Virus record (IMG/VR): IMGVR_UViG_3300025723_000034
Location: 2,242-66,241 of that record
DNA from: a virus
DNA: 64,000 bases
Reading direction: 5' to 3' (one strand)
The translations under genes were made by a program, and so were the position numbers. The first letter of the stretch is position 1. The number at the start of each line of letters is the position of its first letter. This document shows, piece by piece, positions 28,954 through 37,600 of this stretch. The notes beneath the pieces were generated by a model that did not search any database, was not told the DNA's origin, and was given only the letters and a program-made list of their open reading frames with translations.

Positions 28954-29673
28954 ACTTTTTTCAAAATAATATTCAAACGGACGATTAGTGTCTGCTTGCC
29001 ATTCAATAGACTTCATATCGAGTTGATTGGTGTCTAGCCACGTGTTAATACACTTGGCAAACAATTGATTATTAATATCATTCATATGATTTTGTCTTCG
29101 ACAATCATATTTTTTCCACCAGTCATTAGCATTAGGGCCTAAGTAATAACTAATATCAATTTCTCCTATTGAATTGATATCTATTTGATCTGGATGCATG
29201 TAAAGACTTTCTGTTTCAGGTATTGCCGATATTATCAAAGCGTCTGGTCTTTTAGTTCGAATATCATTTAACATTAATAAATGATAATCTCTACGCTGTT
29301 GTTCATTGCCTACATGAATCCAGTAATTATATAAATTTAATAATTGTTTCCGAACAGGAACAGGAGTTGTTTGATTTTTTAAATGATATTCTAGATGATT
29401 TATACTAGATATATGTGCGAGCGGGGTTTCTCCGTCATCTAAATTTTCAATATATTGTCGTGCCCAGTGGGTAACTACAAACACTATCTTATCGTAAGAA
29501 TTTTGAAAATTGGTAAATTGTTTCCATGCGTGATATAAACTACTACCGCTGATCGCATGATTGTGTATCTTGTAAGGTGTTAAATCTTCAAGATATTGAC
29601 TCCAGCCAGTATGATATACTTTTTTATTTATTGCAGCGTAAGAATCGCCAAATATTCCCAGTGTTTGTTCCAT
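28936..29673 (-). CDS. SGNH/GDSL-hydrolase-fold protein (acyl esterase or transferase-like)
   Basis: N-terminal IFGDSYA, N.AISGSS and C-terminal NHMN..NN. Confidence 0.65.
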   Translation of the reverse strand: MEQTLGIFGDSYAAINKKVYHTGWSQYLEDLTPYKIHNHAISGSSLYHAWKQFTNFQNSYDKIVFVVTHWARQYIENLDDGETPLAHISSINHLEYHLKNQTTPVPVRKQLLNLYNYWIHVGNEQQRRDYHLLMLNDIRTKRPDALIISAIPETESLYMHPDQIDINSIGEIDISYYLGPNANDWWKKYDCRRQNHMNDINNQLFAKCINTWLDTNQLDMKSIEWQADTNRPFEYYFEKSLDWRL

Positions 29674-29702
29674 GCTTTATTTAAGCTGGAACAAACTGAG
29701 TA

Positions 29703-30839
29703 TTAATATTTTATAACAACTATACCAGAACCGCCGCCAGCGTGTCCGTGACATCCGCCGCCGCCCCCGCCACCGGTATTAACTCCGCCTTGCCATCCGC
29801 TAGCAACTCCGTGACCTTGTGTACCGTCTGCTGGGCCGCCGTAGCCACGATTAAGAGCTTGTCCACCACCTTCCCCGTGACGTGAGGCAGGGCTTCCGTA
29901 AGGACCAGTATGGTGACTTGAACCGCCACCACCGCCTCCGATACCTCCAGAAGCGTAACCAAAACCGATATGTGCGCCACCGCCGCCACCGCCGCCCCAA
30001 TATAGTTCTTGACCAAGAATATTACTAGCCATTCCTGGGCCACCTTTGATACTATCTCCGTTCCACCCATTTCGACGATTATTAAAAGTATCGCTCATTG
30101 TTCCGCCAGGACCACCTGCGCCACCGCCACCGCCACCTTGGTGACAGTTATCGCCCTGCGCATTATATCTTACACCAGAACCACCTGGAAATCCTTGACC
30201 TGCGATACCTAGACCTCCGTGACTTTTGATTCTACTATCAGTGCCGTCACCTGTATTTGAGCCACCGCCTCCGCTTGCTCCGCTTTGTCCAGAAGTTGGG
30301 CTTGGCCAACCTCCGCCACTGCTATGAGTCCAACTTCCACCACCGCCTCCGCCACTAGCAGTGATACCATTAAATGTACTACTTCCGCCACCGCCAGATG
30401 AATGATTAGCATTTGATCCGCCACCGCCAACGTTCACTGGGTATGGTGTTCCGGCTGTTACTGGATAGTTACGTTGATAGACAACGCCGCCCCCGCCTCC
30501 GCCCCCGCCCCAGGTGTTTCCAGCGCCTCCACCACCGCCTACAATTAATACTTGAATGTTACCAGTAAAACTTGGTGTAAATGTACCGCTACCTACACTA
30601 GTGAACATATGAACAATATTTTGACGATTGTAAGCGATTGTTTGTCCGCCAGTGCCTACTACACCTTGACTATAACCAGTAACGGGACGCCAGTAGTTTC
30701 CATCGGCAAATTCTAATGTATTTTGACCGTTAGCGGTATTAATACGCATCTTAGCAAGTCCTTGAGCCGTAGATGTTGAATTAGATGGAAATATTAGTCC
30801 GTCGGTTGAATTAATCGTAGTATTTTGAAGTGTTGCCAT
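29703..30839 (-). CDS. Glycine-rich (polyglycine-II) virion adhesin-like protein, paralogue 3
   Basis: Motifs HMFTS.G..TFTP.FTG.IQVLIVGGGG, multiple Gly runs, NTGGGGGG and GGSGIVVIKY. Confidence 0.75.
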   Translation of the reverse strand: MATLQNTTINSTDGLIFPSNSTSTAQGLAKMRINTANGQNTLEFADGNYWRPVTGYSQGVVGTGGQTIAYNRQNIVHMFTSVGSGTFTPSFTGNIQVLIVGGGGGAGNTWGGGGGGGGVVYQRNYPVTAGTPYPVNVGGGGSNANHSSGGGGSSTFNGITASGGGGGGSWTHSSGGGWPSPTSGQSGASGGGGSNTGDGTDSRIKSHGGLGIAGQGFPGGSGVRYNAQGDNCHQGGGGGGAGGPGGTMSDTFNNRRNGWNGDSIKGGPGMASNILGQELYWGGGGGGGAHIGFGYASGGIGGGGGGSSHHTGPYGSPASRHGEGGGQALNRGYGGPADGTQGHGVASGWQGGVNTGGGGGGGCHGHAGGGSGIVVIKY

Positions 30840-30850
30840 TTATGTTCTCT

Positions 30851-32011
30851 TTAATATTTTACAATAACAATACCGTTAGCGCCGGCACCACCGTTGAATC
30901 CAGATCCAGAATAATTATAAGCTAGACCTCCGCCGCCACTACCAGTGTTTTGTCCAGCTTGTCCACCTGAACTTTGTCCTGTAGCACTTTGTCCGGCATT
31001 CCAAGCAAATCCGCCGCCTACACCGTCATATGTTCCAGTGCTAGGATAACCAATAGGACTTCCTGCGTTGTGGTGAATATTTCCGCCACCGCCACCGCCA
31101 ATACCTCCAGCTGCAGCACATTGTCCATCACCATAGTGAGCAGTACTTCCGCCACCGCCTGCCCAATACAATGTATAACCTAAAATATCGTTGGCAGCTC
31201 CTGGACCGCCGTGGCCAATGCCACCAGAATGAACATCATCTTTAGCATTGCCGCCAGGTCCGCCTGCTCCGCCACCGCCACCTGTACGGTGCATATCTTG
31301 GCCTTGGTTATTATATCTTACTCCAGATCCGCCTGGAAAACCTTGTCCTGTAACACCACGGCCGCCCATATTACGGTTACGACTGTCGTTAGTTCCGTTG
31401 TTACTATTGGAACCACTTCCTTGTGATCCGCTACAAGCGCCACCACCAGAACCCCCTGGTTGTGCCGCATTACTATCCCAGTCGCCGCCGCCGCCGCCAC
31501 CATAAGCAGTAATAGAACCAAACGCACTATTTGATCCAGTAATACCTGGATTAGGAAAACTTGGAGTTGGTGCTCCTGCTCCGACACTTAACGGAATACC
31601 AGTACCAGCTGATACAGGATAAGTACGGTTATAAACCATACCGCCTCCTCCTCCTCCGCCGCCTAAGTGAGTACCGCCTGAACCGCCACCTGCAATTACT
31701 AATACTTCTACAGTACCAGTAAATGTTGGAGTGAATGTTGCTCCGCCTGTACTTGTGAATATGTGAGTTACTCCATTACCGCGTCCTGTATTTGACGTAG
31801 CATATAAAATTTGGTCGCCGCCGGTTCCAATAGATCCTTTACTTACACCAGTAAGTGGTCTCCAACCTACTGAATCATAAAATTCAATAAGGTTATTATC
31901 CGAATTAACACGAATAGCGCCTGCGGTGTTTGTAGATCTTTGGCCAGTGGATCCTACTGGAAGATATAAGAATCCATCTTGACTAAAACTTGTTGTTTTT
32001 AACTGTGCCAT
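30851..32011 (-). CDS. Glycine-rich (polyglycine-II) virion adhesin-like protein, paralogue 2
   Basis: Same scaffold as its neighbours (GQGFPGG.GVRYN, YWAGGGG, GIVIVKY). Confidence 0.75.
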   Translation of the reverse strand: MAQLKTTSFSQDGFLYLPVGSTGQRSTNTAGAIRVNSDNNLIEFYDSVGWRPLTGVSKGSIGTGGDQILYATSNTGRGNGVTHIFTSTGGATFTPTFTGTVEVLVIAGGGSGGTHLGGGGGGGGMVYNRTYPVSAGTGIPLSVGAGAPTPSFPNPGITGSNSAFGSITAYGGGGGGDWDSNAAQPGGSGGGACSGSQGSGSNSNNGTNDSRNRNMGGRGVTGQGFPGGSGVRYNNQGQDMHRTGGGGGAGGPGGNAKDDVHSGGIGHGGPGAANDILGYTLYWAGGGGSTAHYGDGQCAAAGGIGGGGGGNIHHNAGSPIGYPSTGTYDGVGGGFAWNAGQSATGQSSGGQAGQNTGSGGGGLAYNYSGSGFNGGAGANGIVIVKY

Positions 32012-32025
32012 TTATTGTTCTCTTA

Positions 32026-33129
32026 TTAATATCTTACGACTACAATGCCAGAACCGCCGTTATTTCCGCCGCCTCCGCCTCCGCCTCCGCCTCCGCCAGT
32101 ATTTGCGCCACCTGCGCCACCGCCGTTGCCGTGTGTGCCGTTATTGCTAGCATTGCCGCCTTGGTTAAGAGCTTGTCCGCCGCCTATACCTGAGCTCCAT
32201 GCCAATGATAATCCTGGATAGTAATGACTTGCGCCACCACCACCACCACCTACTCCGCCGTTTCCGCCGCCGCCATCGCAAATATGTGGTCCGCTTGCGC
32301 CACCGCCTCCCCAGTAATATACTTCACCCATAATATCACTAGCGGCACCTGCTCCGCCAACTGTTGCTGAACGGATATTGGCATCTTGCGAATCGCCGCC
32401 TGGTGCTCCAGCTCCGCCACCACCACCACCGTTGTGAGTATTTTCGCCGTCATCGTTGTAACGAACTCCGGCGCCACCTGGGAATCCTTGTCCACTAATT
32501 CCACGGCCACCACTACAACGCATACGGCTACCGTCAATACTAGTATTTCCCCCGCCTCCGCCAGATCCACCGATATATCCAGTTGTTGCGCCTGCGCCAC
32601 CGTTTGGTTGTCCGCCATTATCCCAATAGCCTGAACCGCCTCCGCCGTAAGCTGTAATAGAACCAAATGTGCTGTTACCGCCGTTTCCAGGGTTACCACC
32701 ACCGCCACCAACGTTTAACGGAATACCAACGCCTGCGGTTACGGGATATGCTCTATTAAAGACAACTCCGCCTCCACCTCCGCCTCCGGCCCAACCGCCA
32801 CCAGATCCACCACCGCCACCAACTACTAATACTTGTACATATCCAGTAAATGTTGGGGTAAATGTAGCACTAGTTACGCTGGTAAATTGATGCATAATAC
32901 CGCTACCATCTTTAGTAACAGTAATAGCATCACCGCCTGTACCAATACTACCGCTACTGTATCCAGTAACTTGGCGCCAATTTGTACCATCGTAAAATTC
33001 TACCAGCCCGAAGGTTGTATTATATCGAATATATCCTTTAACCGGACTACCTGGACGATCAGTTGTTGGGCCGCTAGGTAGTGTTAAATCGGTAAAACTT
33101 GTTGAGCTTCCGCCTAGTAGTGTTGCCAT
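32026..33129 (-). CDS. Glycine-rich (polyglycine-II) virion adhesin-like protein, paralogue 1
   Basis: Same scaffold, with an N-terminal LPSG.T..RP..G.IRYN..VEFYDG..W module. Confidence 0.75.
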   Translation of the reverse strand: MATLLGGSSTSFTDLTLPSGPTTDRPGSPVKGYIRYNTTFGLVEFYDGTNWRQVTGYSSGSIGTGGDAITVTKDGSGIMHQFTSVTSATFTPTFTGYVQVLVVGGGGGSGGGWAGGGGGGGVVFNRAYPVTAGVGIPLNVGGGGGNPGNGGNSTFGSITAYGGGGSGYWDNGGQPNGGAGATTGYIGGSGGGGGNTSIDGSRMRCSGGRGISGQGFPGGAGVRYNDDGENTHNGGGGGGAGAPGGDSQDANIRSATVGGAGAASDIMGEVYYWGGGGASGPHICDGGGGNGGVGGGGGGASHYYPGLSLAWSSGIGGGQALNQGGNASNNGTHGNGGGAGGANTGGGGGGGGGGGNNGGSGIVVVRY

Positions 33130-33130
33130 T

Positions 33131-34237
33131 TTACTTAATACCTTTAGTTTTTTTCTTACCTTTTAATTGATCAATTTCTGCTTGAAGTGTCTTAACACAT
33201 TCAATTAGATAAGCACTGATCTTAGTATAATGAATACCATAAGGCTTACCTTTTTCGTCTAGAGCAACTAAATCTGGAGCAAATTTATAAACATGTTCAG
33301 CGATTAAACCAGCTTCATGTTTTTTATTATCTTTACGATCGTACGTTACACCAGTCAAATTTAATATAGCGTCTAAAGCACCTGTAATAGGACTAATATT
33401 TTCTTTAAATGCTATACTAGAAGTTTCAACTAAACCAACAGTATACAATGTACCAGCAATACCAACGCCGCCTGAAAATAATACAGATTGTCCAGAAGTA
33501 GCACTTGAACCTTGTGTACCATTAGTAAATGTTGTTAAACCGCTAGATGATAAAGTAGTAAATTTACCTGCCGCCTGTGTAGTTGCGCCAATTGATATAT
33601 TATCCATTGTACCAGCAGTTGCTGGGTTAATAACTACGTTACCAGTACCAGATGGACTAATTGTTACACTGGCGTTTGATGGACTTAGTGTAACAGTACT
33701 GTTAGCACCCAATGTTGTGAATAAACCAGTACCGCGGCTAGTAGCACCAATGCTACTAAAGTTTCCTGCTGCCGGTGTTGAGCCGCCAATAGTTACGTTA
33801 TCCATAGTTCCTGTAACGCTACTTGGGGCGATAGTCAAACCGCCTGTTGGACTAATTGAAACTAGTGCAGCTGGGCTTAATGAAACTGTTGAACTAGCTG
33901 TTAGTGTACTTGCTGCAACACCACCACCGTTTGCCGCAGTGATAACATAACTAGCACCATCGGAAGCTAATGTTATTGCAGCACCAGCAACTATAGTTTG
34001 TATTGAAGATCCGCTTGAACCTTTTCCTAAAAAAGATCCAGCTGGAGTTGTTAACGTAATTGATCCAGATGTGTTATTGAAAAAAGTTTGTGTCTGGCCG
34101 TAATATACTGTAGGATCCGGAATAGTTACAGCAGATGTTGAACCAGTGAATTCTGTAAATTGACCGGCGCCTGGGACAGTAACAGATGTGTTACTGCTAA
34201 TCGACGTTGTCGGTAAGACGGTATTATAACGTGCCAT
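33131..34237 (-). CDS. Tail fibre protein with C-terminal intramolecular chaperone (peptidase S74-like)
   Basis: C-terminal SSIAFKENISPI..AL..I..L.GVTY, GLIAE and GIHY followed by a coiled coil. Two internal GTMDN..IG..T.AAG.F repeats. Confidence 0.8.
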   Translation of the reverse strand: MARYNTVLPTTSISSNTSVTVPGAGQFTEFTGSTSAVTIPDPTVYYGQTQTFFNNTSGSITLTTPAGSFLGKGSSGSSIQTIVAGAAITLASDGASYVITAANGGGVAASTLTASSTVSLSPAALVSISPTGGLTIAPSSVTGTMDNVTIGGSTPAAGNFSSIGATSRGTGLFTTLGANSTVTLSPSNASVTISPSGTGNVVINPATAGTMDNISIGATTQAAGKFTTLSSSGLTTFTNGTQGSSATSGQSVLFSGGVGIAGTLYTVGLVETSSIAFKENISPITGALDAILNLTGVTYDRKDNKKHEAGLIAEHVYKFAPDLVALDEKGKPYGIHYTKISAYLIECVKTLQAEIDQLKGKKKTKGIK

Positions 34238-34267
34238 ATTTTATCTCTCTTATGTTTCTAGTTCTTA

Positions 34268-34600
34268 TTAGGTTGTTGATGTTTCAATTCCGTACACACA
34301 TGCATTAACTGTGGTAGCTGAACTGCACAATGCTACTACGCTGTAACCAGCTTGTAATACAAGACCAGTACGCTCAAAAACACCATAACCTACGATTGTA
34401 GTTTGTTGCTCGATCCACTCGTTTGCGTTTGGTGTAGTACTGCTTGCCAATGCTAATTTAATAGTTACTGCTGTTGCGCTTGTGTTAGTCAACGAAACGT
34501 TGAACACCGCGTAGTTGTTGTTCGGTACTGTATACAAAGTTGTGTTAGTTGTACCTAACTGTATACCAGTACCGCCTAGATTTAATCTACCTGTTGCCAT
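34268..34600 (-). CDS. Small virion beta-sandwich protein (paralogue of 54386 and 58142)
   Basis: 110 aa with TTLYTVP, SLTN, ERTGLVL and YGIE; in the fibre operon. Confidence 0.65.
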   Translation of the reverse strand: MATGRLNLGGTGIQLGTTNTTLYTVPNNNYAVFNVSLTNTSATAVTIKLALASSTTPNANEWIEQQTTIVGYGVFERTGLVLQAGYSVVALCSSATTVNACVYGIETSTT

Positions 34601-34620
34601 TTGTTATTTCTCCAAAAATG

Positions 34621-37600
34621 TTATCGTTGGCTAAAGAATGCTAGAGCAACAGGTGCCCCGTCAATTCCGCCCGTAAACAGCATCTTACTGCTTACGTATA
34701 TTTGATTGCCTGATGTATTACTTATCGTATTGTTAGCAATATATATCTGACCCGAAGTAATAGTATTTACGTTCAAACTACTTGATCCACCACCAATTTG
34801 GGCTGTAATATATGCTTTAATTGCTTTCTGCGTAGGTAATACGTTATCGCTGTTAGCTGTAAAGTATGGGTCAGTACTAAATTGTGTAATTGTAGCTGAA
34901 CCAACTCCTAAACTAACCGCACCAAGTGTCAAACTCTGCAATCCAGCTAAGTTAAACGCACTAGCGTTCAATGTAGCAGTACCAGTTGACTGTTGAACTC
35001 CGAACAAGTTACCAACGTTGAAGTTACCGTCTTGGTCAGTACTTGTAAAGAATGTTCGGCCGCCACCTGTATTCAACTCTTGATTAGCTTGAATAGCATT
35101 AGCCGCAATCACATATGGATAGTTAGTCTGAGTCTGATTACCTGTACCAATGTACAAGAAGTCATGTCCAGTTAAACGTACTTGGCTATACTTCAATCTT
35201 GTAGTAATTAATGTACCATGTGTAGGTGCCAACAATGTTGTCATTGCTGGGTTAATTTGGAATGTTGCAGTATAGTTTCCTGCGGTTCCTAATTGGTTAG
35301 TAATACTTACAAGTTTGTACCATTGAGCTGTGCCGCCGATTGTAGCAAATTGTACGTTAGCGCCTGGACTTGGCATACTGTATAAATTAGCCACGTTAAT
35401 ATAGCTAGCATTTTGATACAAATCACCATAACCGTCACCAGTTGTAGTAGATGTAGCAGTAGCATTATTAGTACCACGGTTTGTAAATGTTGGATTAGCC
35501 AACGCACCGTCGCCCATACGTACACGGATACCTGCGGTAGTAACACGATTTGGATCGTATTGAGTTACTACAGGACCAGCGCGATATGTTCCAGCTAAAC
35601 CTGATCCAGCTGTTAACGGCACCACTGTAGCACTTCCTGGTGTTGTTGTAACACTAAATTGTGTACTAGTAACAGTTGAGCCAATTACATAATATGTTAC
35701 ATTAGATGTTAATCCATAAGCATCCATACCAGTAAATTCAATTGGTTGGTTGTTAGCTAGACTTGATGACAAGTTAGTTGTATCGTCTACTGTAATCAAA
35801 GCAGTGCCAGTTGTTGTAACGTTACCTTTTGGATATCCGCTACCTGGTTCTGATAAACGAGTTTCAGTAATTGATCCGCCGAACGCTTTCAAACGTCCAG
35901 CAGTTTTAGCACCAGTACGTATACTTGCTGCAGCTGTACCACTTGAACTACTTACAGCAACCCATATTGGTTGAGCACCTAATGTTGTGCTAATTGGATT
36001 ACCCAATGCCGCACCGCTCCAATTTGTGCTACTTCCTGGCATTGCTTGTATAGTCCAGTTGATACCGTCATGACTTGTAGCACAAACTGTACCTTGGCCA
36101 GTTGCCACAAACAGACCTTGTCCATAAGTAATATTTGTCCAAGTTATACTGCTTGAAAGAATACTTGTTGTTGTGCCAACACAGTTTGGAACTGATACCC
36201 AAGATGAGCTAGATGTAGTATTTAGGTTAGTAATAAATTGTAAACCAATATAACCGTTCGCTGCCAACGCAACAAATCTGTTATTACCAAACGCAACACT
36301 TACCCAGTTTGTAGCACTTGGTAAAGCGCCTGCGCTATACCAGTTAGCACTACTGTTAGGAGTGTAACTACTTACTGAGCTAGATCCTGTACTTACTGCT
36401 ACGAATACACCAGCACCGTATGCTACTGATGAATAGTAAGCACTTCCTGATAAACTTGTAATATTACCTTTTACAGATAAGTTGTTTGGTGTACTAGAAG
36501 CTAACGCAACACCAGTACCGCTAGATCCGCCAACTGCTACGAATGTTCCGCCGCCGTAAGCTACCCAACGTAAACTTTGATTACTACCAGCAGAAGTAGC
36601 AGTTAACCATGAACCTGCGATACCTGTTGGTGTCGCATAAGCTACTGCGGTAGTTCCACTGGATACAGTCATAAAGAACGCACCAGAATCAGCTATAGTA
36701 ATGCTTGGTACATTAGTATATCCGTAACCTGCTACACTTAAAGTGATAGCACTTATGCCGTTGTTAGTTAATACTGCAGTTCCTTGTGCTTGTGTAGCAA
36801 CATAATTCAATGTACATGTTCCGTTAGCCACACCGTTATAAGTTGCACTTGTATAATCAAATGTTGGAGTTACGCTAGGACTTGTAATACCAGTACTTGC
36901 TACATAGTAAATTTTTCCAGCACCAGTTTGGATATAACTTCCTACAGTTACACTAGTGTTTAACGCAAATGCTGTTGGGTTCAATCCTTGTGGTTGGCTA
37001 AATGTAATTGAAATATTACCAAGTACATAATAGTTTTTACCCCAGCTGTTCATAGTTACACTTGATACGATTCCTGTATTTGCTGTAACTGTTGGAACAC
37101 TTGAGTAACCAGAACCGTTAATAGTCATTGTTACTGTTTGTATTGCTCCGTTCAATACTGTACATGTTGCCGTAGCTCCGGAGCCGCCGCCACCGGTAAT
37201 TACAATATTAGGAGGTGTTGTGTAATTGTATCCACCTGAAATAATGTTGATAGCAACAATCTGTGTAGCGTTAGTGCCTGTACCAATTACTGCTTGTAAA
37301 ACAGCACCGGTACCGCCAAAACCGCCTACGTTTGCTGTCGCAACTGCACCTTGTCCACCACCGTAAACTACGTTAGTCCATGTTGTTGAACTACCTAATC
37401 CACCACCAGAAGTCCATGTTTTACCATTAGAGCTATACGCTGTTGCTGATCCACCTGTTGACACAGCAACAAATGATCCTGCTCCGTACGCAACTCCTGA
37501 GTAGCTAGCACTTGGAATGGTTCTTGCTGAAGCTGTATATCCTGGTGAGCTATAGCTAATACGTGGTTCAATAATATAACCAGATGTTAAATCTAGTGTA

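Noticed and set aside
13897-29673. RiPP or small-molecule biosynthetic cluster
   Set aside because: I found no credible precursor peptide, peptidase, transporter or scaffold synthase, and the intergenic gaps are too short to hide one.
29703-33129. GC-rich CCG/CCA repeats as a CRISPR array or foreign insertion
   Set aside because: They are fully explained by glycine codons on the minus strand, with no repeat-spacer periodicity.
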